Positions 9,269 through 16,953 of a DNA stretch of 22,560 bases are shown piece by piece; the stretch's first letter is position 1; each line of letters starts with the position of its first letter. This DNA comes from Halobacteriaceae archaeon (GTDB lineage Archaea; Halobacteriota; Halobacteria; Halobacteriales; Halobacteriaceae). Both the position numbers and the translations under genes were made by a program. The stretch is from NCBI GenBank assembly GCA_042216675.1, contig JBDGTS010000004.1, positions 1-22,560 of the forward strand, written 5' to 3'. The notes below the pieces were generated by a model, which saw only the letters and a program-made list of their open reading frames with translations, was not told the DNA's origin and made no database searches.

Positions 9269-10129
9269 TCAGCGGAGGGCTTCGGGTTGCACGACGCCCG
9301 GCCGATCGAGGTCGAGTCTGTCGCCGACTTTCGCGCGTTCGAGCACCCGCGGGTGGACGTGGGAGGTGACGTGTTCGTGGAGGACTTTCGGGTCGGCGTC
9401 CATTCCCTTCCACATGTCCCAGTGTGTGGGGACCAGACGGTCGAGTTCGAGGGCGTTCGCCGCCTCGACGACCTGATTCTCGTTCATGTACCACTCCGTG
9501 CGGCGCACCGCGTCCTCGCCGGGGAACGCGATGTGGCCGATCGAGCCGTAGGCCAACGCGCCCACGTCGAGGTCGAACTCCGCGCCGATTTCGGCGAAGT
9601 CCGGCGCGGGTCTGCTGTCGCCGGCGTGGAAGAACGTCCCCGACGCGTGCTCGAAGACGTAGGACACCGGTTCCTCGGCGTCGGGGTCGGCCGCACCGCG
9701 AACGTGGACCACGAAGTCGCCGATGGGGATGTCCTCGCCGACGGCCACGGTCCGACGTTGTTCCGCCGGCGCGCGGGCGTCGCCGTCGTAGTCGCGGGCG
9801 TCGGAGAAGCAGGCGCCCGGCGCGTGAAGGGTGGCGTCGAGGTCCTCGACCAACGGCCCGTAGGAGGGCGGGTGGAAGTGGTCGATGTGTTCGTGGGTCG
9901 CGAAGACGGCGTCACAGTCGGTGGCCGCCGCGGGGTCGACGGGCACCGGGAGCATCCGGACGGTGTTCGGCGGGTCGCCGTCGCCGAAGTACGGGTCGAC
10001 GTAGATTGTCGTCTCCCCGGACCGCAGGACGAAGCCGTTACAGCCGAGGTACCAGACGGCGACGCCGTCCGGGTCGGCGGCCTCCACCTCCTCGCGGACG
10101 AACCAGTCGCCCCACGTCGCGTGAACCAT
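9269..10129 (-). CDS. MBL-fold metallo-hydrolase, UlaG/L-ascorbate-6-P lactonase-like
   Basis: WYLGCNGF, DPY, THEHIDH (HxHxDH), FHAGDS, PTHWDMW. Confidence 0.85.
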   Translation of the reverse strand: MVHATWGDWFVREEVEAADPDGVAVWYLGCNGFVLRSGETTIYVDPYFGDGDPPNTVRMLPVPVDPAAATDCDAVFATHEHIDHFHPPSYGPLVEDLDATLHAPGACFSDARDYDGDARAPAEQRRTVAVGEDIPIGDFVVHVRGAADPDAEEPVSYVFEHASGTFFHAGDSRPAPDFAEIGAEFDLDVGALAYGSIGHIAFPGEDAVRRTEWYMNENQVVEAANALELDRLVPTHWDMWKGMDADPKVLHEHVTSHVHPRVLERAKVGDRLDLDRPGVVQPEALR

Positions 10130-10153
10130 GCTGAACCGTCAGTCGAGCGACGG

Positions 10154-10159
10154 CTTAAA
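10154..10159 (-). promoter_or_regulatory. TATA box of MBL gene
   Basis: Minus strand TTTAAG 25-30 nt upstream of ATG 10129. Confidence 0.55.
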
Positions 10160-10282
10160 TCGTCGGGCCGGGTTGCGGGGCTGAATCGGCCGCACGCGGC
10201 CTCGCTCGGCCGGAGCGGGCACGACGAGGCAAGCGAGGACGACACCGTAAAGAAGGTAGGCCTGTGTCCTGTCTATCCGCAT

Positions 10283-11734
10283 ATGCCGGAAGCGTTCCGC
10301 AACTACGTCGGCGGTGACTGGGTCGAATCAGAGACAGGCGAGACGTTCGAGGTGTTGAACCCCGCGGACACGAGCGAGGTCGCCGCGGAGTATCAGGAGT
10401 CGAACCGAGCGGACGCGAAGGCGGCCGTCGAGGCGGCGAACGCCGCCGAGGACGAGTGGGCCGACACGCCCGCGCCCCAGCGCGGGGCCATCCTCAACGA
10501 GGCCGCGAAGATTCTCGACGACCGGAAGGACGAACTGACAGAGATGCTCTCCCACGAGGAGGGCAAGACGCTCGCCGAGGCCGGCGGCGAGGTTCAGCGT
10601 GCCATCGACATCTTCTACTACTACGCACAGAAGGCGCTGGACTTCGGCGGCACGGTCAAGGCCGCGAGCGGTCCCGACACGAACCTCAAGACGCGGAAAG
10701 AGCCGCTGGGAACCGTCGGTCTCATCACCCCGTGGAACTACCCCATCGCCATCCCGGCGTGGAAGCTCGCCCCCGCGCTGGCGACGGGCAACACCGTCGT
10801 CCTGAAGCCCGCGACGGCCGCGCCCGGCGTCAGCCGCGCGCTCTTCGAGGCCCTCGACGACGCGGGCCTCCCCGACGGCGTCGCCAACTGGGTTTCGGGC
10901 CCCGGAAGCAAGGTCGGTGACGTGTTCATCACGCACGACGACATCGACGGCGTCTCCTTCACCGGCTCCTCGGAAGTCGGTCACATGGTGTACGAGGACG
11001 CCACGGACGGCATGAAGCGCGTCCAGTGTGAGATGGGCGGCAAGAACCCGACCATCGTCTCGGACACCGCCGACGTCGAGGAGGCGGCCGAAATCGTCGC
11101 GAACGGCGCCTTCGGCGTCACCGGGCAGGCCTGTACCGCCTGTTCCCGCGCCATCGTCTACGAGGACGTGTACGACGAGTTCGTCGAGGCCCTCGTCGAC
11201 GAGGCCGCGGCCATCGACATCGGCCCCGGTCTGGAGGACCCGGGCATGGGCCCCCACGTCACCGAGAGCGAACTGGAGGGCACCCTCGACTACATCGAGG
11301 TCGGCGAGAACGAGGGCGCCACTCTCGCGTTCGGCGGCGAGGAACTCACCGACGGCGAGTACGCCGACGGCTACTACGTCGAGCCGACGGTGTTCACCGA
11401 CGTGGAACGCGACATGCGCATCGCACAGGAGGAGATATTCGGGCCGGTCGTGGGCGTCATCTCCGTCTCCGGCTTCGAGGAGGCCATGGACGTCGCCAAC
11501 GACGTGAACTACGGTCTCTCCTCCTCCATCGTCACGCAGGACGTCACCGAGGCCAACACGTTCGTCGACGACATCGAGGCCGGCGTCGCCAAGGTCAACG
11601 ACAAGACGACGGGCCTCGAACTCCACGTGCCCTTCGGCGGCTACAAGGACTCCTCGACCAACACCTACCGCGAGCAGGGTGACGAGGGCATGGAGTTCTT
11701 CACCAGCACGAAAACCGTCTACGAGAACTACTGA
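10283..11734 (+). CDS. Aldehyde dehydrogenase, 2,5-dioxovalerate (alpha-KG semialdehyde) dehydrogenase/XacF-like
   Basis: ITPWNYP, KPA, FTGSSEVG, CEMGGKNP (catalytic Glu), GQACTA (catalytic Cys), EEIFGPV, PFGGYK.S. The real start is ATG 10283, not the 831-aa ORF start. Confidence 0.9.
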   Translation: MPEAFRNYVGGDWVESETGETFEVLNPADTSEVAAEYQESNRADAKAAVEAANAAEDEWADTPAPQRGAILNEAAKILDDRKDELTEMLSHEEGKTLAEAGGEVQRAIDIFYYYAQKALDFGGTVKAASGPDTNLKTRKEPLGTVGLITPWNYPIAIPAWKLAPALATGNTVVLKPATAAPGVSRALFEALDDAGLPDGVANWVSGPGSKVGDVFITHDDIDGVSFTGSSEVGHMVYEDATDGMKRVQCEMGGKNPTIVSDTADVEEAAEIVANGAFGVTGQACTACSRAIVYEDVYDEFVEALVDEAAAIDIGPGLEDPGMGPHVTESELEGTLDYIEVGENEGATLAFGGEELTDGEYADGYYVEPTVFTDVERDMRIAQEEIFGPVVGVISVSGFEEAMDVANDVNYGLSSSIVTQDVTEANTFVDDIEAGVAKVNDKTTGLELHVPFGGYKDSSTNTYREQGDEGMEFFTSTKTVYENY

Positions 11735-11817
11735 CTCGACGGTCGGTAGTTTTCCGCCGCATCTCCTTGCTGTCTGTCGATTCTCCGTCGCGGAGACTCC
11801 TTGCACAAACGCCGCAT

Positions 11818-11823
11818 TTAAGC
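11818..11823 (+). promoter_or_regulatory. TATA box of HTH regulator gene
   Basis: TTTAAG 24-29 nt upstream of ATG 11847. Confidence 0.6.
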
Positions 11824-11846
11824 CACGCGCTCCCGAATGATTTTAC

Positions 11847-12380
11847 ATGTCGTCCATCGAACTCACGCCCAGCCAGAAGACAATTCTCACGGCGCTCGTG
11901 AATCTCTACGGGGAACGCGAGGAGGCCGTGAAGGGGGAGGCCATCGCGGACCAAGTCGACCGCAATCCGGGGACGATTCGGAACCAGATGCAGTCGCTGA
12001 AGGCGCTCCAACTCGTCGAGGGCGTCCCCGGCCCGAAGGGTGGCTACAAGCCCACCGCGAACGCCTACGAGGCGCTCGACATTCAGGAACTGGACCGCGC
12101 CGCACAGGTTCCCCTGTTTCACAACGCTGAGCGCGTCGAGGACGTGAACGTCGACGAAATCGGCTTCACGAGCGTCCACCACCCCGACCTCTGTCGCGCG
12201 GAGATTCACGTCCGCGGCTCCGTCCGCGACTTCCACGAGGGCGACGACATCACGGTCGGACCCACCCCGCTCTCGAACCTCGTCGTGGAGGGCGTCCTCG
12301 ACGGCAAGGACGACACCAACAACATCCTCATTCTGAAAATCGACCGGATGGAGGCTCCTGCCGGCGGCGACGGGCACTGA
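11847..12380 (+). CDS. Winged-HTH transcriptional regulator (HrcA/Rrf2-like N-terminus)
   Basis: LTPSQKTILTALVNLY...GEAIADQVDRNPGTIRNQMQSLKALQLVEGVPGPKGGY. Confidence 0.82.
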   Translation: MSSIELTPSQKTILTALVNLYGEREEAVKGEAIADQVDRNPGTIRNQMQSLKALQLVEGVPGPKGGYKPTANAYEALDIQELDRAAQVPLFHNAERVEDVNVDEIGFTSVHHPDLCRAEIHVRGSVRDFHEGDDITVGPTPLSNLVVEGVLDGKDDTNNILILKIDRMEAPAGGDGH

Positions 12381-12446
12381 GAACGGTTCACATGCACGCG
12401 GCGAAATGAAAACCATTTGTACCGGAGGCCCACGAAGGATGAACAC

Positions 12447-13622
12447 ATGCCACCCAAAGTCGTCGTTCTCGGGGCCGGATACGCGGGTGCGAGCGCGATC
12501 CAATCTCTCGAAGACAATCTCGACGGTGTGGACCTGACGTGGATTTCGGACACTGACTACCACTTCGTTCTCCACGAGTCCCACCGCGTCATCCGAGACC
12601 CCTCGGTCAAGGAGAAGATTACCATCCCCATCGGCGACATCAAGTCCCGAAGCACGAAGTTCGTGCAGGCCGAGGTCACCGACGTCGAAACCGACGAGCA
12701 GAGCGTCGTCCTCGACGACGGCTCCAGCGTCGACTACGACTACCTCCTGCTCTGTGTCGGCTCCGAAACGGCGTTCTTCGGCATCGAGGGCCTCGAAGAG
12801 CACGCGCTGACGCTGAAGTCCCTCGACGACGCCCTCGAAATCCACGACTCCGTGCGTGAGGCGGCCGCGGACGCCAGCCACGACGACCCCGCACAGGTCG
12901 TCGTCGGCGGCGCCGGCCTCTCGGGCATCCAGAGCGCGGGCGAAATCGCGGCCTACCGCGACAAGCACGGCGCGCCCATCGACATCCACCTCGTCGAGGG
13001 CCTCGACAACGTGTTCCCCCCGGGCGAGCCAGACCTGCAGGGCCGCCTGCGCAAGCTGCTGGAGAACCACCACGTGAACATCATGACTGGCGAGTTCATC
13101 GGCGAAGTCGACGACGACACCGTCTACGTCGGCGACGAGACGGAACTCGACTACGACGTCCTCCTCTGGACCGGCGGCATCACGGGCCGCGACGTGGCCG
13201 CGAACACCGACCTCGACAAGGACGAGCGGAGCAACCGCATCGAGGCCGGCGCCGACTTCCGCACCAGCGACGACCGAGTGTTCGCCGTCGGCGACACCGC
13301 GCTGGTCGAGCAGGGCGACGGCGAGACGGCCCCGCCCACGGCCGTCGCGGCGTGGGAGGCCGGTGAAGCGGCCGGCGAGAACGTCGCGCGCGCAATCGGC
13401 GGCAAACCGCTGAAGACGTGGTCCTACGAGGACAAGGGCACCCTCATCTCCGTGGGCGACGAGGCAGTCGCGCACGACGTGAAACTGCCGCCGGGGATCC
13501 GCGTCCCGGTCGACACGTTCGGCGGCGCCTCCGCCGAGACGCTGAAGAAGGCCGCGGCCGCGCGCTGGATCGCCGCCGTCTCCTCCTACGGCCGCGCGAT
13601 GGACGCGTGGAGCGTGCTGTAG
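12447..13622 (+). CDS. ndh: Type II NADH dehydrogenase-like FAD-dependent oxidoreductase
   Basis: VVVLGAGYAG, YDYLLLCVGS, VVVGGAGLSGIQSAGE, FAVGD, YEDKGTLISVG; ATG 12447 preceded by GAAAACCATTTGTA. Confidence 0.85.
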   Translation: MPPKVVVLGAGYAGASAIQSLEDNLDGVDLTWISDTDYHFVLHESHRVIRDPSVKEKITIPIGDIKSRSTKFVQAEVTDVETDEQSVVLDDGSSVDYDYLLLCVGSETAFFGIEGLEEHALTLKSLDDALEIHDSVREAAADASHDDPAQVVVGGAGLSGIQSAGEIAAYRDKHGAPIDIHLVEGLDNVFPPGEPDLQGRLRKLLENHHVNIMTGEFIGEVDDDTVYVGDETELDYDVLLWTGGITGRDVAANTDLDKDERSNRIEAGADFRTSDDRVFAVGDTALVEQGDGETAPPTAVAAWEAGEAAGENVARAIGGKPLKTWSYEDKGTLISVGDEAVAHDVKLPPGIRVPVDTFGGASAETLKKAAAARWIAAVSSYGRAMDAWSVL

Positions 13623-14963
13623 TCAGGCGAGCGTCTCCGGCCCCATCGACTCGGGGAGCAGTTCCCCGAGGGTGTACTCCGACGCCTCCGCACCTTCGTC
13701 GCAGACGACGGTCAGGTCGTCGTCGCAGAACTCCGCGAGGCTCTGTCGACACGTCCCGCAGGGCGTGATGCCGTCGCGCGCCTCCGACGTGACGGCGAGG
13801 CGGTCGAACTCGCGGTGGCCCGCCGCCACCGCCGCGCCCAGCGCCAACTCCTCGGCGTGGAGGCTGTTCGAGTAGTTCGCGTTCTCGACGTTGCACCCCG
13901 TGAACACGGTCCCGTCCGCCGCTCTGAGCGCCGCGCCGACCCGGTAGTTCGAGTAGGGCGCATACGAGTTCTCCATCGCCGCCCGGGCGCGGCGGACGAG
14001 CGTCGGGGTGTGGTGCTCGCCGGCCAGCACCGGGTCCGGGTCGCCGTCGACGAGTGCGGCCTCCACGGCCGCGCGATAGCAGTCGGCGTCGACGCTCGTC
14101 ACCACCGTCGTCTTCGCCTCACCCTCGTGGACGCCGCGCTCGTCCGCGAGGCTGTAGCCCCGTGTCATCCCCTCGCGGGCGTCCACGTCGACGTACATCC
14201 GACGTTCGCCGGTCACCACGTCCGGCGCGAGGACGACGGTGGCCGCGAGGGCGTCCGCGAAGACGCCGCCGTCGAGGTTCTGGTGGTCGCGGGCGTGGGC
14301 GCGGGCGGCCGACGACGCCTTCGTGAAGAACCGCGCCGCCTCGGAGTCGGCCGCGGCCACGTGGTCGAGCACCTCGTCCGGAAGGACGCCGCCCCGGAGC
14401 GAGACGCCCCAGTCCACGAGCGTCAGGTCCATCTCGCGCACGACTCGCTTGGCGGCGTCCGGGTCGTACCAGAAGTTGAACTCCGTGGGCGCGGTGACGT
14501 TGCCCAGCGTGTTGCAGGCGCCGCCCATCACCACCACTTCCTCGAAGCGCACGCCGAGGTCGGGGTCCTCGTCGAGGGCCGCCGCGACGTTCGTCAGCGG
14601 GCCGATGCAGAGCAACACGTCTGCGTCGGCGCGGCGGAGGCGCTCGACGGCGCCCGCCTCGGCCGAGGGCACGTCCGTCTCGGCCACCGCGTCGCCGAGG
14701 CCGCCCGGCCCGTGGACGTCCTCGGCCGACTCGCTCTCCTTTGCCAGCGGTTCGGCCGCGCCCTCGTGGACCGGCACCTCGTCGGCGACGCCGAGCACCG
14801 AGAGCGTCTCCTTGGCGTTCGCTGTCGCCTGTTCGAGGCCGACGTTGCCCGCGACGGTGGTCACGGCCTCGATTTCCGCCCGCTCTGAGAGGCCGAGGAG
14901 GAGCAACGCGAGGGCGTCGTCGCTGGCGGTGTCGGTATCGACGATGACGCGACGGCTGTCCAT
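13623..14963 (-). CDS. Fusion: N-terminal inosine/uridine-preferring nucleoside hydrolase + C-terminal cytidine deaminase
   Basis: N-part: VDTDTASDDA (DxDxxxDD), TTVAGN, VHGPGGLG, IGPLTNVA, MGGA, EFNFWYDPDAA. C-part: SYAPYSNYRVGAAL, GCNVENA, HAE, PCGTCRQ. One uninterrupted frame. Confidence 0.9.
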   Translation of the reverse strand: MDSRRVIVDTDTASDDALALLLLGLSERAEIEAVTTVAGNVGLEQATANAKETLSVLGVADEVPVHEGAAEPLAKESESAEDVHGPGGLGDAVAETDVPSAEAGAVERLRRADADVLLCIGPLTNVAAALDEDPDLGVRFEEVVVMGGACNTLGNVTAPTEFNFWYDPDAAKRVVREMDLTLVDWGVSLRGGVLPDEVLDHVAAADSEAARFFTKASSAARAHARDHQNLDGGVFADALAATVVLAPDVVTGERRMYVDVDAREGMTRGYSLADERGVHEGEAKTTVVTSVDADCYRAAVEAALVDGDPDPVLAGEHHTPTLVRRARAAMENSYAPYSNYRVGAALRAADGTVFTGCNVENANYSNSLHAEELALGAAVAAGHREFDRLAVTSEARDGITPCGTCRQSLAEFCDDDLTVVCDEGAEASEYTLGELLPESMGPETLA

Positions 14964-15002
14964 AGCCGAGACAGACGGCGCCGCCTCAAAAGCGCCTCGC
15001 CG

Positions 15003-16352
15003 TCAGGCCCGGTCCACGGCCGTCTCGACGGCGCCGCGGGCGGCGTCGACGATTGCCTCCACGTCCTCGCCCTCCGCATAGATGCGGAGGTACGGTTCGG
15101 TGCCGCTCGGGCGCACCAGCACCCACGACCCGTCGGGCCGCGTCGCGCGGACGCCGTAGGACTCGTCGAACGCTGCGTCCGGAAACGCGCTCGCGAGTTC
15201 GCCCGGCACGGCCGCCATCGCGGCCGCCTTCCGCTCGTCGGCGCACGCGACGTTCACCTTGCGGTAGGGGAGTTCGCGCACCGGGTCGCGGAGGGCGTCG
15301 ACGCTCCCCGCCGCGGCGACGAGGCGGACGAGGACGGCCGCGCTGACGACGCCGTCCATCCACCCGCCGAAGGCCGTGTGGATGTGCTTCCACGGTTCCG
15401 CGGCGAAGACCACCGTGCCCTCGGCGGCGGCGACGCCCTCGTGGAGGCCGCCGAGGCGGACGCGCTCGGTCCGGCCGCCCGCCGCCTCCACCCGGTCGTC
15501 GATGCGCGCGGAGGCGTTCGGCGTCGTCACCACCATCGGGTCCGCGGCGTCGCTCGCGGCGACGTAGTGGTGTGCGAGGACGGCCACGATGGTGTCCTCG
15601 TGGACGATTTCGCCGTCGCCGTCGAGGACCACGATTCGGTCGGCGTCGCCGTCGTGCGCGAGTCCGAGTGCCGCGTCGCTGTCCGCGACGAACGCCCGGC
15701 AGTCGTCCAGCGACTCGGCCGTCGGCTTGCTCTCGCGGCCCGGGAAGTGCCCGTCGAGATTGGCGTTCAGCGCCGTCACCTCCGCGCCGAGGCTGGTGAG
15801 GACCTGTGGCACCGCCAGCGACGCCGCACCGTTGCCACAGTCCGCGACGACCGGAAGCCCGTCCGGGTCCGCGCCGTGGCCGGCCGCGAAGTCGACGACT
15901 GCTTCGCGGTAGTCGCCCAGCACGTCGGCTCGGTCGGCACTCGTCCACGCGTCCCAGTCCGCGGGGTCAGGGTCGGCTGCGACGGCCGTCTCGACGCTCT
16001 CCTCGGCGTCTCGGTCGTATTCCACGCCGTCGACGAACAGTTTGATGCCGTTGTCGGCGGGCGGGTTGTGCGAGGCGGTGAGCATCGCGCCGCGGCGCCC
16101 GCGCGAGGCGAAGGCGAGGGCCGGCGTCGGCACCTGTCCGACCCGCGTGACGGGCGCGCCGCCGCTCTGGAGGCCGGCGGCCAGTGCGGAGACCAACGCG
16201 TCACCCGTCACGCGCCCGTCGCGGCCCACGACGAAGGGGGCGCCGTCGGCGGCCTCGGCCGCGGCGCGGCCCACGCGAAGCGCCAGCGACGGCGTGACGG
16301 CGTCGGCGACCGGCCCGCGGACGCCCGCGGTGCCAAAGAGGTCCGAGTCCAT
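15003..16352 (-). CDS. Alpha-D-phosphohexomutase family protein (phosphomannomutase/phosphopentomutase-like)
   Basis: LFGTAGVRG, GRDGR, TASHNP (phospho-Ser), DGDADR metal loop, VRPSGTEP. Confidence 0.92.
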   Translation of the reverse strand: MDSDLFGTAGVRGPVADAVTPSLALRVGRAAAEAADGAPFVVGRDGRVTGDALVSALAAGLQSGGAPVTRVGQVPTPALAFASRGRRGAMLTASHNPPADNGIKLFVDGVEYDRDAEESVETAVAADPDPADWDAWTSADRADVLGDYREAVVDFAAGHGADPDGLPVVADCGNGAASLAVPQVLTSLGAEVTALNANLDGHFPGRESKPTAESLDDCRAFVADSDAALGLAHDGDADRIVVLDGDGEIVHEDTIVAVLAHHYVAASDAADPMVVTTPNASARIDDRVEAAGGRTERVRLGGLHEGVAAAEGTVVFAAEPWKHIHTAFGGWMDGVVSAAVLVRLVAAAGSVDALRDPVRELPYRKVNVACADERKAAAMAAVPGELASAFPDAAFDESYGVRATRPDGSWVLVRPSGTEPYLRIYAEGEDVEAIVDAARGAVETAVDRA

Positions 16353-16375
16353 ACCGAGGGGGTCGGGACGGCGGC

Positions 16376-16849
16376 TTAAAGTTCGACCCCACTCGGAATG
16401 AGGCTGTGCTGTCGGAGGAGCTCGCCCGTCTCGTTGTACACGAGGAAGGTGTTTTTCTCGTAGGTGACGACTTCCTCGCCACCGATGCGGATGACGACGC
16501 GGTACTCACCGTCCCCGTCGGTGTGTTCGCCGTAGCGGCGCGCGGCGCGGATGAAGCGCAACACGTCGTCCGCGTCCTCGTTGAGTTCGAGGATGAAGTC
16601 CCCCGTCACCCGGTCGGTGACGCTCACGACGCCCGTCGTCCCGGGGTCGTCCACGGGTCCGAGGAGGCGAAACGCCACGTCGGTCTGTTCGGAGTCCAAC
16701 AGGTCTCCCGACGGGGCTGTGAGGCGGTCGCGCACGTCCGCGTCCGCCTCGCTGTCTACGCCGACGACGACAGTCGGCTGTCGGGGTTCGCCGTCGGTTT
16801 CGATCCAACCGACGTCTCGCACGTTCAGGGTGAGGTCCTCGCGCCGCAT
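16376..16849 (-). CDS. Conserved haloarchaeal hypothetical protein (DUF5793-like)
   Basis: Acidic ORF with host codon usage, MRR...RVTGDFILELN...LLRQHSLIPSGVEL; family name from recall; ATG 16849 chosen. Confidence 0.7.
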   Translation of the reverse strand: MRREDLTLNVRDVGWIETDGEPRQPTVVVGVDSEADADVRDRLTAPSGDLLDSEQTDVAFRLLGPVDDPGTTGVVSVTDRVTGDFILELNEDADDVLRFIRAARRYGEHTDGDGEYRVVIRIGGEEVVTYEKNTFLVYNETGELLRQHSLIPSGVEL

Positions 16850-16922
16850 TAGGTCGTCTCGAACTTGTGTCTCCGTAGTCAAAACCGTAACGCCCCGTCG
16901 GACGCCCGGCGGCGGCGTGACC

Positions 16923-16928
16923 TATTTA
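16923..16928 (+). promoter_or_regulatory. TATA box of pilB-pilC-methyltransferase unit
   Basis: TATTTA 26-31 nt upstream of ATG 16954. Confidence 0.55.
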
Positions 16929-16953
16929 GCCGTCGGGGTGCAACCGCTTCGCC

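Noticed and set aside
4752-9476. 1574-aa plus-strand ORF
   Set aside because: Codon-aligned antisense shadow of three real minus-strand genes that share a frame (LLM, ADH, GH95). It has no recognisable motifs, and such shadows are expected with this GC3 bias.
9239-10282. Apparent 348-aa N-terminal extension of the aldehyde dehydrogenase
   Set aside because: Mostly antisense to the MBL gene; ALDH homology begins at MPEAFRNYVGG (10283).
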